DNA from: Deltaproteobacteria bacterium | Lineage (GTDB): Bacteria > Desulfobacterota > Dissulfuribacteria > Dissulfuribacterales > QOAL01 | Reading direction: 5' to 3' | Length of the DNA stretch: 64,000 nucleotides | NCBI GenBank assembly: GCA_026991135.1 | Contig: JALXCD010000067.1 | Coordinates: 532-64,531 of the forward strand | Shown: positions 28,386 through 38,549 of the stretch, one piece after another | How the letters are laid out: each line of letters begins with the position of its first letter | Numbering within the stretch: position 1 is the first letter of the stretch | Notes under the pieces: generated by a model | Seen by the model: only the letters and a program-made list of their open reading frames with translations | The model's database searches: none | What the model was told of the DNA's origin: nothing | Position numbers and translations under genes: made by a program

Positions 28386-30365
28386 ATGGAAAACTATATT
28401 TACCTGATACCGCTTTTTCCATTCCTGGGTTTTCTAATTAACGGGCTTTTTGGAAAAAAACTTGGAAAAGGTATAATATCTTTTATAGGGTGCACGACTA
28501 TAGGTTTTTCCTTTCTAGTTTCGGTTTTCATATGGAAATATCTTTTGTCCCTGGAGCCAGAACACAGGGTTCTCACCCAGGTACTGTGGAAATGGCTTGC
28601 AGTTGGAAAGCTCAATGTGGAGGTTGGCTTTCTCATTGATCCTTTGTCCATGCTAATGATCCTGGTAGTTACAGGAGTAGGTTTTCTCATACATGTCTAT
28701 AGCACTGGTTACATGTGGGATGACGAATCCTACTGGAGGTACTTTGCCTATTTGAACATGTTTGTCTTTTTCATGTCCCTTCTGGTCCTTGGAAGCAACT
28801 ATTTGGTAATGTTTGTAGGCTGGGAGGGAGTAGGCCTTGCCTCATATCTCCTCATCGGATTTTGGTATCAAGGGATAGATAACGCCATAGCAGGAAAAAA
28901 GGCATTTGTTGTCAACAGGATTGGGGACTTTGGATTTGCCCTGGGCATGTTTCTTATGTTCTGGACCTTTGGCTCTTTATCATACTTAGATGTATTCCCA
29001 AAGGCCCTGCACATGTTTGAAAGCGGAGCCCTTGCCTTAAACTCACCTGTAATGGTTGCAATATGTCTCCTTCTATTTATAGGAGCAACCGGAAAATCTG
29101 CACAGATTCCTCTCTATATCTGGCTTCCTGATGCCATGGCAGGTCCAACTCCTGTTTCTGCATTGATCCATGCTGCCACAATGGTTACGGCAGGAGTTTA
29201 TATGGTAGCAAGGACGAATATCCTTTATACCCTCGCTCCAACTGCCCTTCTTGTGGTGGCAGGCATAGCCTGTGCAACTGCCTTTTTTGCTGCTACCATG
29301 GGAGTTTTGCAAAACGACATAAAAAAGGTTCTTGCATATTCAACTGTTAGCCAGCTCGGATATATGTTTATTGGAGTAGGTGTTACTGCTTATTGGGCAG
29401 GTATTTTTCACCTCATGACCCATGCCTTTTTTAAAGCCTGTTTGTTTCTCTGTTCAGGTTCTGTAATTCATGCCATGAGCGGGGATCAGGATATGAGACA
29501 CATGGGTGGTTTGGCCAAAAAGATGCCTATTACATATTTAACCATGCTCATTGCCACCTTGGCCATTTCTGGGCTTCCACCCTTTGCTGGTTTCTTTAGT
29601 AAGGATGAAATCCTTGGAAAGGCCTTTGTTTTTCCCTTCTATCCAAGTGCAGGTAAGGTTATATGGTTCATAGGTACTGTGGCTGCTGGAATCACGGCCT
29701 TTTACATGTTTCGCCTAATCTTTATGACCTTTCACGGTGAGTTTCGTGGCACAGAAGAGCAAAGGCATCACCTGCACGAATCACCTGCAAATATGACCGT
29801 GCCACTTGTCATATTGGCCATTCTCTCAATTGTTGGTGGATGGCTAGGTATTCCACATTTGATAGGAAAGCTCTTTGGCCATGTTCCAAATTTACTTGAA
29901 ACATTTCTAGAGCCAGTATTTGAACACTCTAATAATATTGTGGCCTCGACTGTTGGAATTCACCATGTTCCAGAGGCAGCAGAGTGGAGTCTAATGAGTA
30001 CTTCAGTGGTTGTAGCCATAATAGGTATTTCTCTCGCCTTCTACATCTATATGGTTCACGGCAAAGAGCTACCGAAGAAGCTGGCCGAAAAATATGCCTT
30101 CCATTATCAGGTCATTTACAACAAATATTATGTTGATGAGATTTACGAAGTCCTGTTTGTTCTTCCAATCTATTACCTCAGTATCTTACTCTGGAAGGTA
30201 GTGGATGCCTTTATGATAGATGGGATAGGCGTCAATGGCCCGGCATGGCTCGTTAAGAAGACATCAGCCGGCACGAGATTGGTTCAAAATGGCTATGTCC
30301 AGACCTATGGTGCATTTATGCTAGTTGGTCTGGTCTCAATAGTTTGCTTTTTCCTTTATAGATAG
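28386..30365 (+). CDS. nuoL: NADH-quinone oxidoreductase subunit L
   Basis: 659 aa Mrp-type antiporter-like subunit. 'WEGVGLASYLLIGFW' and 'GKSAQIPLYIWLPDAMAGPTPVSALIHAATMV'. Confidence 0.95.
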   Translation: MENYIYLIPLFPFLGFLINGLFGKKLGKGIISFIGCTTIGFSFLVSVFIWKYLLSLEPEHRVLTQVLWKWLAVGKLNVEVGFLIDPLSMLMILVVTGVGFLIHVYSTGYMWDDESYWRYFAYLNMFVFFMSLLVLGSNYLVMFVGWEGVGLASYLLIGFWYQGIDNAIAGKKAFVVNRIGDFGFALGMFLMFWTFGSLSYLDVFPKALHMFESGALALNSPVMVAICLLLFIGATGKSAQIPLYIWLPDAMAGPTPVSALIHAATMVTAGVYMVARTNILYTLAPTALLVVAGIACATAFFAATMGVLQNDIKKVLAYSTVSQLGYMFIGVGVTAYWAGIFHLMTHAFFKACLFLCSGSVIHAMSGDQDMRHMGGLAKKMPITYLTMLIATLAISGLPPFAGFFSKDEILGKAFVFPFYPSAGKVIWFIGTVAAGITAFYMFRLIFMTFHGEFRGTEEQRHHLHESPANMTVPLVILAILSIVGGWLGIPHLIGKLFGHVPNLLETFLEPVFEHSNNIVASTVGIHHVPEAAEWSLMSTSVVVAIIGISLAFYIYMVHGKELPKKLAEKYAFHYQVIYNKYYVDEIYEVLFVLPIYYLSILLWKVVDAFMIDGIGVNGPAWLVKKTSAGTRLVQNGYVQTYGAFMLVGLVSIVCFFLYR

Positions 30366-30437
30366 GCCATTTGAGGTACAGGAGAATTAAGGACTAAATA
30401 GAGGGCAAAGAAAAATAAAGAGGAGACAGGGGAGTCC

Positions 30438-32012
30438 ATGAACGCGCCCATATTGACATACACAATCTTTTTACCACTTTTAGGAGTTCCATTTATCCTG
30501 GCTGTTCCCCAAAAGGGTGATGTTGGCAAAAACGTAATCAGAGGCATAGCCTTAGTGACAAGTATCCTGGTCTTTTTGGTTTCTCTTAGGATCTATTTTG
30601 ATTTTGATGCCTCAATTGGTGGCTTCCAGTTTCTTGAAGATCATCAGTGGATATCGAGTTACGGTATTCATTATAAGCTGGGGCTTGACGGTCTTTCATT
30701 TTGGCTGGTCCTTCTAACTACATTCTTAACGCCTCTCACTATTCTTTCGACTTGGAGAGCCATTGACAAGAGAGTGAAGGAATTTCAGGTCTCCATGCTG
30801 GTTTTGGAGACTGCTATGTTAGGTACCTTCATGGCTCTTGATCTCTTTCTCTTTTACGTCTTCTGGGAAATAATGTTGATCCCCATGTATTTGATAATCG
30901 GTGTATGGGGAGGTGAAAGAAGGATTTATGCGGCTGTAAAGTTCTTTTTATACACAGCCGTTGGTTCTCTTTTGATGTTGGTGTGTATTATCGGTCTTGT
31001 ATATTTTCACCAGCAGCAGACAGGTGTAATGACATTTGATCTACTGAAACTCTATGGAACAAAGATTCCGCGTCTTTATGAAATACTCTTTTTCGCTGCT
31101 TTTGCGCTGGCCTTTGCCATCAAGGTTCCAATGTTCCCCTTGCACACGTGGTTGCCAGATGCCCACGTCGAGGCCCCTACTGCTGGCTCTGTCATACTTG
31201 CTGGAATACTTCTCAAGATGGGTACATATGGGTTTTTCCGTTTTGCAATGCCACTTTTTCCGCAAGGCTCTGCCTTTTTCACACCATTAATAATTACTCT
31301 ATCTGTTATAGGAATCATTTATGGAGCCCTGGTGGCCATGGTGCAGCCTGATATCAAAAAGCTTGTTGCCTATTCATCGGTATCTCACCTCGGTTATTGT
31401 ATGCTTGGTCTTTATGTCCTCACACGGCAAGGGGTTGAAGGTTCAGTGCTTCAGATGATAAACCATGGTATTTCAACAGGGGCATTGTTCCTTTTAGTAG
31501 GCATTGTCTATGAGAGGAGGCACACCAGGCTTATTAAGGAATATGGCGGAATTGCCAGGATAGTCCCTATTTATTCAACCATTTTTCTTATTGTAACTTT
31601 ATCTTCAATAGGTTTCCCCACAACAAATGGCTTTATAGGTGAGTTTTTAATTCTTCTTGGTGCCTTTAAGGTGAATAAACTTGCTGCTGTTCTTGCTGCA
31701 ACAGGGGTTATCCTTGGTGCAGTCTATATGCTTTGGATGGTCCAAAGGGTTTTTTACGGCGAGGTAACCAATCCGAAAAATCTTACTTTGAAAGATATGA
31801 ATTTTAGGGAAGTAGTATATATGCTTCCATTGATAGTTCTTATATTTTGGATTGGTCTGTTCCCGAACTTCTTCCTGGACAAGATGCATACATCTGTAGA
31901 TAAGTTCATCTCTCAAGTAAAGGTGGAAAGAACAGATTTGAATTCTCACCATCAGATGGCTAGGGCCTTTTTAAAGAACCATGAAACGAAAGTTGTTATT
32001 GCCAAGGAGTAG
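30438..32012 (+). CDS. nuoM: NADH-quinone oxidoreductase subunit M
   Basis: '[32 protein letters not shown]'. 524 aa. Confidence 0.95.
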   Translation: MNAPILTYTIFLPLLGVPFILAVPQKGDVGKNVIRGIALVTSILVFLVSLRIYFDFDASIGGFQFLEDHQWISSYGIHYKLGLDGLSFWLVLLTTFLTPLTILSTWRAIDKRVKEFQVSMLVLETAMLGTFMALDLFLFYVFWEIMLIPMYLIIGVWGGERRIYAAVKFFLYTAVGSLLMLVCIIGLVYFHQQQTGVMTFDLLKLYGTKIPRLYEILFFAAFALAFAIKVPMFPLHTWLPDAHVEAPTAGSVILAGILLKMGTYGFFRFAMPLFPQGSAFFTPLIITLSVIGIIYGALVAMVQPDIKKLVAYSSVSHLGYCMLGLYVLTRQGVEGSVLQMINHGISTGALFLLVGIVYERRHTRLIKEYGGIARIVPIYSTIFLIVTLSSIGFPTTNGFIGEFLILLGAFKVNKLAAVLAATGVILGAVYMLWMVQRVFYGEVTNPKNLTLKDMNFREVVYMLPLIVLIFWIGLFPNFFLDKMHTSVDKFISQVKVERTDLNSHHQMARAFLKNHETKVVIAKE

Positions 32013-32015
32013 AGC

Positions 32016-33557
32016 ATGAACGCATTAACATTTAGTTTTGATCTAGGGCATCTTTGGCAGGTTTGCGGTGGCCAGTTGATATTGATTCTTGCCGGTATCT
32101 TTTTGATATTTATAGATATTTTTCTCTTAGATAAAGATGAGTCATGTAGGAATAAATGGCTTGGCTGGCTTACGGTGATAATTTTCGCCCTGACCATCGG
32201 ACATCTCGCCAAGAGAGAATGGGGTCTTCACGATACCGTGTTCATGGGGGTTTTTTCGGCAGATAAATTTAGCGTTTTTGTTTCCATAATCATGGTCATT
32301 TCCGGACTTTTGGCAGCCCTAATGAGTATAGGATATCTCAAAAACAACCAGGTAATGAAGGGGGAATATTATATCCTTCTTGTCTTTGCTGTTGCTGGTG
32401 CAGTTGGATTGGTCCAATCAGTGGATTTACTCATGATGTTTATCACCCTGGAGGTAATGTCCCTTGCTGTTTACGCCCTGGCAGCCTTTTTGAAGGGTGA
32501 TAGAACAAGTCAGGAAGGGGCCCTTAAATATTTTCTTTTAGGGGCCTTTGGGTCGGCCATGTTCCTTTTTGGGGTTGCATTGATCTTTGGGATTACAGGA
32601 AGTCTAAATATTTCCAAAATAGCACAGAGCCTTTCTTCAGGACTTTACGCAAAGGCTCCGATCCTTCTTGCCTTTGCCATGATAATGGCGGGTTTATTTT
32701 TTAAAATGGCAATGGTGCCATTTCACATGTGGACTCCTGATGTTTATGAAGGCGCACCTTCAGTGGTAACTGGTTTTATGGCTACCTGTGTCAAAGCAGC
32801 GGCCTTTGGAATCTTTATTAAGGTCCTTTTTGTCACATTCACGCCGATACTTAGCCAAAACGGTCAGCCAGATTTTTATGCCACTGTAAATCTTTCTGCC
32901 CTTGCCCCATACTGGAAACCTGTTATCTGGTGGTTAGCCCTTTTGACCATGTTCTTTGGAAATCTCATTGCTGTATCCCAGTCCAATATTAAGCGAATGC
33001 TGGCCTATTCATCAATTGCTCACGCTGGATATATGGCAGTAGGTATAATTGCTGCAAATGCAGATGGCAGAATGGGTGTCCTTTTTTACCTTTTTTCCTA
33101 TACTCTAATGAATCTAGGTGCCTTTGGCGTGATTTATCTCATAGACGGAAGGGAAAGAGACGCCCAAACCCTGGATGATTACCGGGGAATTGGCTACAGG
33201 TATCCAACCCTAGCATTTTTATTGAGTCTTTTTCTGGTGGCAATGGCTGGCCTTCCCCCAACTGCGGGTTTTATCGCAAAATTCTACGTCTTTTCGGCAG
33301 CTATTAAAGAAGGTTATTATCTCTTGGCCGCCCTTGGTGTTCTAACAAGTGTCATTGGGGCCTACTATTACCTGAGAGTCCTTTATATGATGTACATGAA
33401 AGAAGAAATCAGAGTGGTTACAAGGGGAACAGTTTCTGCCCCTACTGCCATTGCCTTGATTGTGACCGCCTTGGGAGTTCTCTATCTAGGCATTCTTCCA
33501 GAAGGGCTTGCAAATGTGGCTTCTGCCGCACAGCAAAGCCTGGCCATGATTTTCTAA
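32016..33557 (+). CDS. nuoN: NADH-quinone oxidoreductase subunit N
   Basis: 'KMAMVPFHMWTPDVYEGAPSVVTGFM'. 513 aa. Last gene of the operon. Confidence 0.9.
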   Translation: MNALTFSFDLGHLWQVCGGQLILILAGIFLIFIDIFLLDKDESCRNKWLGWLTVIIFALTIGHLAKREWGLHDTVFMGVFSADKFSVFVSIIMVISGLLAALMSIGYLKNNQVMKGEYYILLVFAVAGAVGLVQSVDLLMMFITLEVMSLAVYALAAFLKGDRTSQEGALKYFLLGAFGSAMFLFGVALIFGITGSLNISKIAQSLSSGLYAKAPILLAFAMIMAGLFFKMAMVPFHMWTPDVYEGAPSVVTGFMATCVKAAAFGIFIKVLFVTFTPILSQNGQPDFYATVNLSALAPYWKPVIWWLALLTMFFGNLIAVSQSNIKRMLAYSSIAHAGYMAVGIIAANADGRMGVLFYLFSYTLMNLGAFGVIYLIDGRERDAQTLDDYRGIGYRYPTLAFLLSLFLVAMAGLPPTAGFIAKFYVFSAAIKEGYYLLAALGVLTSVIGAYYYLRVLYMMYMKEEIRVVTRGTVSAPTAIALIVTALGVLYLGILPEGLANVASAAQQSLAMIF

Positions 33558-33622
33558 CCCTAATATCTACTTTACTAGGACTGATTTATAAACCAAGTCA
33601 TAACCCTTTACAATTGAGAGTA

Positions 33623-33654
33623 AAAGGCACCTTAAACGGTGCCTTTTTGTTTTA
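33623..33654 (+). terminator. rho-independent terminator after nuoN
   Basis: Stem AAAGGCACC / GGTGCCTTT with loop TTAAAC, followed by TTTTTGTTTT. Confidence 0.75.
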
Positions 33655-33838
33655 TAGGCTGCCACGATCACAAAAGACAAAAGGTGAAAGGGCGAAAGAT
33701 GATGACAGAGCCTGTTTTTCAATCCTTGATGAATGTCTTTTTCGTGTCTATTTATTAAATTCATGGTCTGCCTCCTTGCGACCATAAAAATTGGGCTCTT
33801 ACTTTTTATATCGGAATTTATTTGCCCACTTGTGAAAT

Positions 33839-36046
33839 ATGAATATAAAAGATTATATATATATTAAAAATGCGAGGCTTCATAATCTAAGGGGAATTGA
33901 TGTTAAGATTCCACTAAATTCCATTACACTCGTTTCTGGTGTTTCGGGCTCAGGGAAATCAAGTTTTGCTCTGGACCTACTGGGTGGATTTCTAAAAAGC
34001 TATTACTTACAGGTCCTTGAGGTTGCGAGTTCCTATGGAAATGAGATAGATTTTCGTGATTACTTCGAGGTGGTGGATTCACTCTACCCAGTAATTCCAC
34101 CAGTTATATTTGAGTCTGCAAGGACCTATCCCCATCACTTATCTACTGTCTCAACTGTCACAGGAATAAGGACTAGGTTAAAGGCGCTTTTAAAGCTAAT
34201 AGGAACTACTGTCTGCCCTTATTGCAAGAATGCACTGGACCAAACAAGTCTTGATCAAATAGTGGAGGATCTCTTTAGCTCTTTTCTTAATGAAAAGGCC
34301 CTTCTTATGGCACAAATTTCCCTAAAAGAACAAGGCCAGGAAGAGAGGGAAAAGCAAATAAAAAGAATAATAAGAGACGGATTTTTGCGGTTTATGGTAG
34401 ATGGCACGGAGCTTTTTGTTGATAATCCGAAGGCATTAAAAGCTCTTATTGAGGCCAACGATATAGCAATCGTTACAGATAGACTTGTTATTCGACCCGG
34501 TCAACGAAATCGCCTTTATGATTCCCTCAGGCTTTCTGAGGAAATTGGAGATGGAATTATAAAGATCGCCATAAAGAAAAAGAGTGGAACAGACGAGCGT
34601 CAATTCTTGACTGCTCCATATTGTATAACATGTAATAAAAAAATCAAAATTCATGGAGTAAAATCACTGGCAATTGCTGGAAAGGGCCTGCTTGAAATTG
34701 AATCTCTAAGTGTAAAGGAGGTCCTATCTTTTTTTAAAAAAGTCCTTAAGGACTTACCAAAAAAGGGTAGGGCATTCTTTTTAATAAAGGATTTAGTCGA
34801 ATTTTTAAGCCTGTTAGAACGGCTTGAGCTCGGTAATTTGTGTCTTGAAGCCCCTATTTCAAAAATTTCAAGCAATGAATTTACGAAGTTAAGGCTTGCC
34901 ACTGTGGTATCTAAAGCCCTTTATGGTGCTCTTTATATTTTCGATGAGCCCTTTGGCAGTCTTCCAAAGGAGGAACGTGGAGAGATTATAAAATTAATTA
35001 ATGATCTCAGGTCAAAGGGCAATACCATAATTATTATTGAAAATTGTTTTGAGGCCCTGGAAGCAAGTAATTACGTTATCGAGTTCGGTCCCGGCCCTGG
35101 AACAAAAGGGGGAGAGGTTATCTTCCAAGGAGATCTCGATGAAACCGTTTCCCAAAAACTGAAAAAGGAGTTTAGTACCATTGAGTTTACCCTGCCTAGA
35201 AGAAAGGGTAGAAAGGATTATATCTCTATAGATACGGCTAAGGGCCCTATAAGGATTTTAAAAAACACACTTAATCTTATTTCTGGTCCAACAGGTTCTG
35301 GAAAATCTCTCCTTCTAGAAGAAATTCTAAATTGTTTAAATAAATTGCTTGATGGCAGTTTTATTTACCTAGTTGATCAGATGCCCATTTTCAGGCAACG
35401 CTATTCTCTTTGCGCAACGGTGCTTGGGGTCTTCGGGCACATTAGAAGGCTTTTTTCAAGGACAAGGGAGGCCCGTGCCTTTGGACTGACTCCGTCCATG
35501 TTTTCTTTATCCAAAAAAGGAGGTCGATGCGAGGCCTGTAAGGGCACAGGTGCGTTTGAGGCCTTAAAAGGAGGTTTGGGACGCTTGCTCTCCCAGCCTT
35601 GTCCGATCTGTCAAGGAACAGGTTTTGGATCAGAGGTTTTAACAATCAAGTATAGGGGATTAAATATTGCTCAAATACTTGGCCTGACAATTACCGAAGC
35701 TGCAGATTTTTTTTCAAATCTAAAAATAATCAGAGAGCCACTGACCTTGGCAGAAAGGATTGGACTTGGTTATATCCTTTTGGGACAAAGGGTTTCCAGC
35801 CTTTCAGCAGGCGAGGGTCAAAGGCTTAAGCTTTCAGGTAAGCTTTCAAAGGCAAAGGCAAAAAAAGGCTTCTTCCTGCTGGATCAGCCCACAAAGGGCC
35901 TTCATCCAAAGGATGTTGAAAGACTTTTAAGGCTTTTTTCAGAAATGCTGGATCATGGGCACACATTGATTGTTGCAGACAATAATGAGCTTCTTCTAAA
36001 GAACTGTCAGAACCGAATAGAATTATCTAGATTGGTGTCTGTTTAA
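33839..36046 (+). CDS. UvrA-like ABC ATPase paralogue (short, divergent motifs)
   Basis: 'NARLHNLRGIDVKIPLNSITLVSGVSGSGKSSFALD' is a UvrA-type N-terminus. Zn modules are present (CPYC, CITC, CEAC..CPIC). Second Walker A is 'GPTGSGKS'. At 735 aa it is about 200 aa shorter than canonical UvrA. The second Walker B reads LLDQPT (Gln in place of the catalytic Glu, codon 35885-35887). Confidence 0.75.
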   Translation: MNIKDYIYIKNARLHNLRGIDVKIPLNSITLVSGVSGSGKSSFALDLLGGFLKSYYLQVLEVASSYGNEIDFRDYFEVVDSLYPVIPPVIFESARTYPHHLSTVSTVTGIRTRLKALLKLIGTTVCPYCKNALDQTSLDQIVEDLFSSFLNEKALLMAQISLKEQGQEEREKQIKRIIRDGFLRFMVDGTELFVDNPKALKALIEANDIAIVTDRLVIRPGQRNRLYDSLRLSEEIGDGIIKIAIKKKSGTDERQFLTAPYCITCNKKIKIHGVKSLAIAGKGLLEIESLSVKEVLSFFKKVLKDLPKKGRAFFLIKDLVEFLSLLERLELGNLCLEAPISKISSNEFTKLRLATVVSKALYGALYIFDEPFGSLPKEERGEIIKLINDLRSKGNTIIIIENCFEALEASNYVIEFGPGPGTKGGEVIFQGDLDETVSQKLKKEFSTIEFTLPRRKGRKDYISIDTAKGPIRILKNTLNLISGPTGSGKSLLLEEILNCLNKLLDGSFIYLVDQMPIFRQRYSLCATVLGVFGHIRRLFSRTREARAFGLTPSMFSLSKKGGRCEACKGTGAFEALKGGLGRLLSQPCPICQGTGFGSEVLTIKYRGLNIAQILGLTITEAADFFSNLKIIREPLTLAERIGLGYILLGQRVSSLSAGEGQRLKLSGKLSKAKAKKGFFLLDQPTKGLHPKDVERLLRLFSEMLDHGHTLIVADNNELLLKNCQNRIELSRLVSV

Positions 36047-36550
36047 TTTTTCATCTAAGGCTTTTTGGGCCATAATGTGGGAAAGGGTCACCATATAAGG
36101 GACTCTGTTTTGGCCATGTAATTTCTCTACTATCTTAGCAGCAGACTTTATCGAAATTCCGGCAGATGTTATAAAAAGAGGTCTTGAGCTTTTCCTTCTA
36201 TAGACCTTAAGGCATTCCCTGTGCCCTTTAAAGAGATTTTTGGCAATGCCAATAACGGGGATTTTTTCATTTTGACTTTTAAAAAGATGTGCTCCAAGCC
36301 CTGGTCTATTTCCAGGAAGCCAAACATATCCGTCAATGAATATGATGTTCAGGTCTTCCTCTACCCTCTCAAGGACACTCAATAAAAGAGGCAACTCCCT
36401 TTCATAGAATTTCCCAGGGATATAGGGTTTTACCTTTAACTTACGGCCTGTTATTACCTTGGCGGGTTTTTGGGAACCAATGGAGTCAAAGATTACACCG
36501 CAGGCCAAGCCAATGGAGGATTCGTAAGCGGCATCAAGACAGATATACAT
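36023..36550 (-). CDS. nfi: endonuclease V-like protein (short form)
   Basis: 'PYIPGKFYERELP', 'IFIDGYVWLPGNRPGLGAHL' and 'VIGIAKN' correspond to EndoV motifs. 175 aa, lacking the first roughly 40 residues of typical Nfi. The 3' end overlaps the uvrA-like gene by 24 nt. Confidence 0.65.
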   Translation of the reverse strand: MYICLDAAYESSIGLACGVIFDSIGSQKPAKVITGRKLKVKPYIPGKFYERELPLLLSVLERVEEDLNIIFIDGYVWLPGNRPGLGAHLFKSQNEKIPVIGIAKNLFKGHRECLKVYRRKSSRPLFITSAGISIKSAAKIVEKLHGQNRVPYMVTLSHIMAQKALDEKLNRHQSR

Positions 36551-36552
36551 AA

Positions 36553-36580
36553 TAAAAAAGGCCGCTTTAAGCGGCCTTTT
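36553..36580 (-). terminator. rho-independent terminator after atpE (hairpin is potentially bidirectional)
   Basis: GGCCGC-TTTAA-GCGGCC stem, flanked by A6 on the plus strand (U6 on the minus strand) and T4. Confidence 0.7.
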
Positions 36581-36606
36581 AATTTACCCAGACTTTTTAC
36601 TATTCA

Positions 36607-37002
<396 letters not shown>

Positions 37003-37038
37003 TCAATTTTTTATATGGCCTTCTTCTTTTTGCCTAAA

Positions 37039-37758
37039 TTAATGTGCCCCCGCCATGGCCTCTACAGAATAAACTATTGAAAGGACATAGAAGATAAAGG
37101 CCTGGAGGAGACAAACCAAAACACCAAGTATCATGATTGGAAGCGGTGCCAAATAGGGCCCGGCAAGCATGAAAAGGAGTCCAAGGAGGATCTCCTTAGA
37201 AACCATGTTTCCAAAAAGTCGGATGGAAAGGCTTAATATCCTTCCAACATGGCTGAATATCTCAATTGGAAACATCATGGGTGCCATTGCCGGAATTGGC
37301 CCCATAAAATGCTTTATATATTTGATGCCATGAAATCTTATACCTAGAATGTGATAGGTTGCAATTGATATTGCAGTACATCCAAGAGTTACATTCAAGT
37401 TGGCAGTAGGCGACATAAATCCTGGAAAAAGGCCAAGATAATTTCCCACCAGGATATAGAACATAAAGGTTGTCATCATGGGGAAGATGATCATGGTCTG
37501 GCGGTGATCATGGGTTTGTTCTTGAATAAAGTTTTCAGACCAGTCAATAAAAATTTCCATGAGATTTTGAAGACCTGAAGGGACCTTCTTGTTGATGTTA
37601 GATGTTGCAGCCCAGGCAATGATAACACAAATAATCATTGCCAAATAACTATATTGCATGTGTGGTGCAAGAATTTGGGCCAATGGACTTGAGCCTCCGT
37701 GTGCAGGTAATCCCAGGGCATCTAACAAAATACTCAAAAACAATAAGGGATGTTCCAT
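37039..37758 (-). CDS. atpB: ATP synthase Fo subunit a
   Basis: 'LSLSIRLFGNMVSKE' contains the essential Arg. 239 aa, polytopic. Confidence 0.9.
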   Translation of the reverse strand: MEHPLLFLSILLDALGLPAHGGSSPLAQILAPHMQYSYLAMIICVIIAWAATSNINKKVPSGLQNLMEIFIDWSENFIQEQTHDHRQTMIIFPMMTTFMFYILVGNYLGLFPGFMSPTANLNVTLGCTAISIATYHILGIRFHGIKYIKHFMGPIPAMAPMMFPIEIFSHVGRILSLSIRLFGNMVSKEILLGLLFMLAGPYLAPLPIMILGVLVCLLQAFIFYVLSIVYSVEAMAGAH

Positions 37759-37760
37759 GA

Positions 37761-38183
37761 CTAAACTGCCTCCTTAAATTTGACTCTATAAACAAGCATT
37801 CCCAAAACTAAGAGAAAAAAGTTAATAACTCCCACCGATAGTCCTAAAACAAGGCCTACAGGCGAGAAATATTCTTTGTAAAATAGCATTGCCACAGTTA
37901 CTGCCAGGGCGATAATCCCCATTCTGACTGCCATTCCTGCATAATAGGCTGCCATGCTTCTCCATCTTACAACCCTTAAACAATCGCGATTGAGTCCAAC
38001 ACAGTTGAGATTTACTAGTAATCCCCCGAGTAATATTCCAAGGGTGAAATTCAATTTAAATAAAAAAATGGACCCAATGACGAGAAGGGACAAAATCACC
38101 CAGTTGATGCCGATATATAATCTGATAAAAGAAAAGTCCAGGTTGCCTGTTAGTATGTCCTTAACTTTTGGACTTATTGTCAC
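37761..38183 (-). CDS. atpI: ATP synthase protein I-like membrane protein
   Basis: 140 aa, 4 TM helices, immediately upstream of atpB. Confidence 0.6.
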   Translation of the reverse strand: MTISPKVKDILTGNLDFSFIRLYIGINWVILSLLVIGSIFLFKLNFTLGILLGGLLVNLNCVGLNRDCLRVVRWRSMAAYYAGMAVRMGIIALAVTVAMLFYKEYFSPVGLVLGLSVGVINFFLLVLGMLVYRVKFKEAV

Positions 38184-38457
38184 CTTGTTCAGACCCCTTC
38201 TCTTCCCCGCTTTTCTTTTCGGCCTCCTTTGAGAACCTCTTTGTCAATATGATGAAGTTCTTTATACCTCCTCCAAGGCCAAAAAAGAAAAATATTATTG
38301 TAAGCCATGGATACGTGCTCCCTTTAAATAGCTTCGTATCCAAATAATAGCCTGTTAGCACTCCGGCAAAGGTAGAAAAGACAACCGCAAGGGCTATGGT
38401 TGTCGCATTTGTAAAATGACGTAGAGCTTGCGCCAGCTCTTGCCTGAAAGTGCCCAT
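38161..38457 (-). CDS. AtpZ/AtpR-type small membrane protein (putative Fo-associated)
   Basis: 98 aa, 2 TM helices. 'FAGVLTGYYLD' ... 'PWLTIIFFFFGLGGGIKNF' resembles the AtpZ family. First gene of the atp cluster. Confidence 0.6.
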   Translation of the reverse strand: MGTFRQELAQALRHFTNATTIALAVVFSTFAGVLTGYYLDTKLFKGSTYPWLTIIFFFFGLGGGIKNFIILTKRFSKEAEKKSGEEKGSEQGDNKSKS

Positions 38458-38549
38458 TATTTTTTAGCTGCCAGGGGCAGAATTATTAGTATTCTCACTA
38501 TCTTTTCTGCCTCCTAGCATTGGTAAAACTGATAGCACATAATTTTGGG

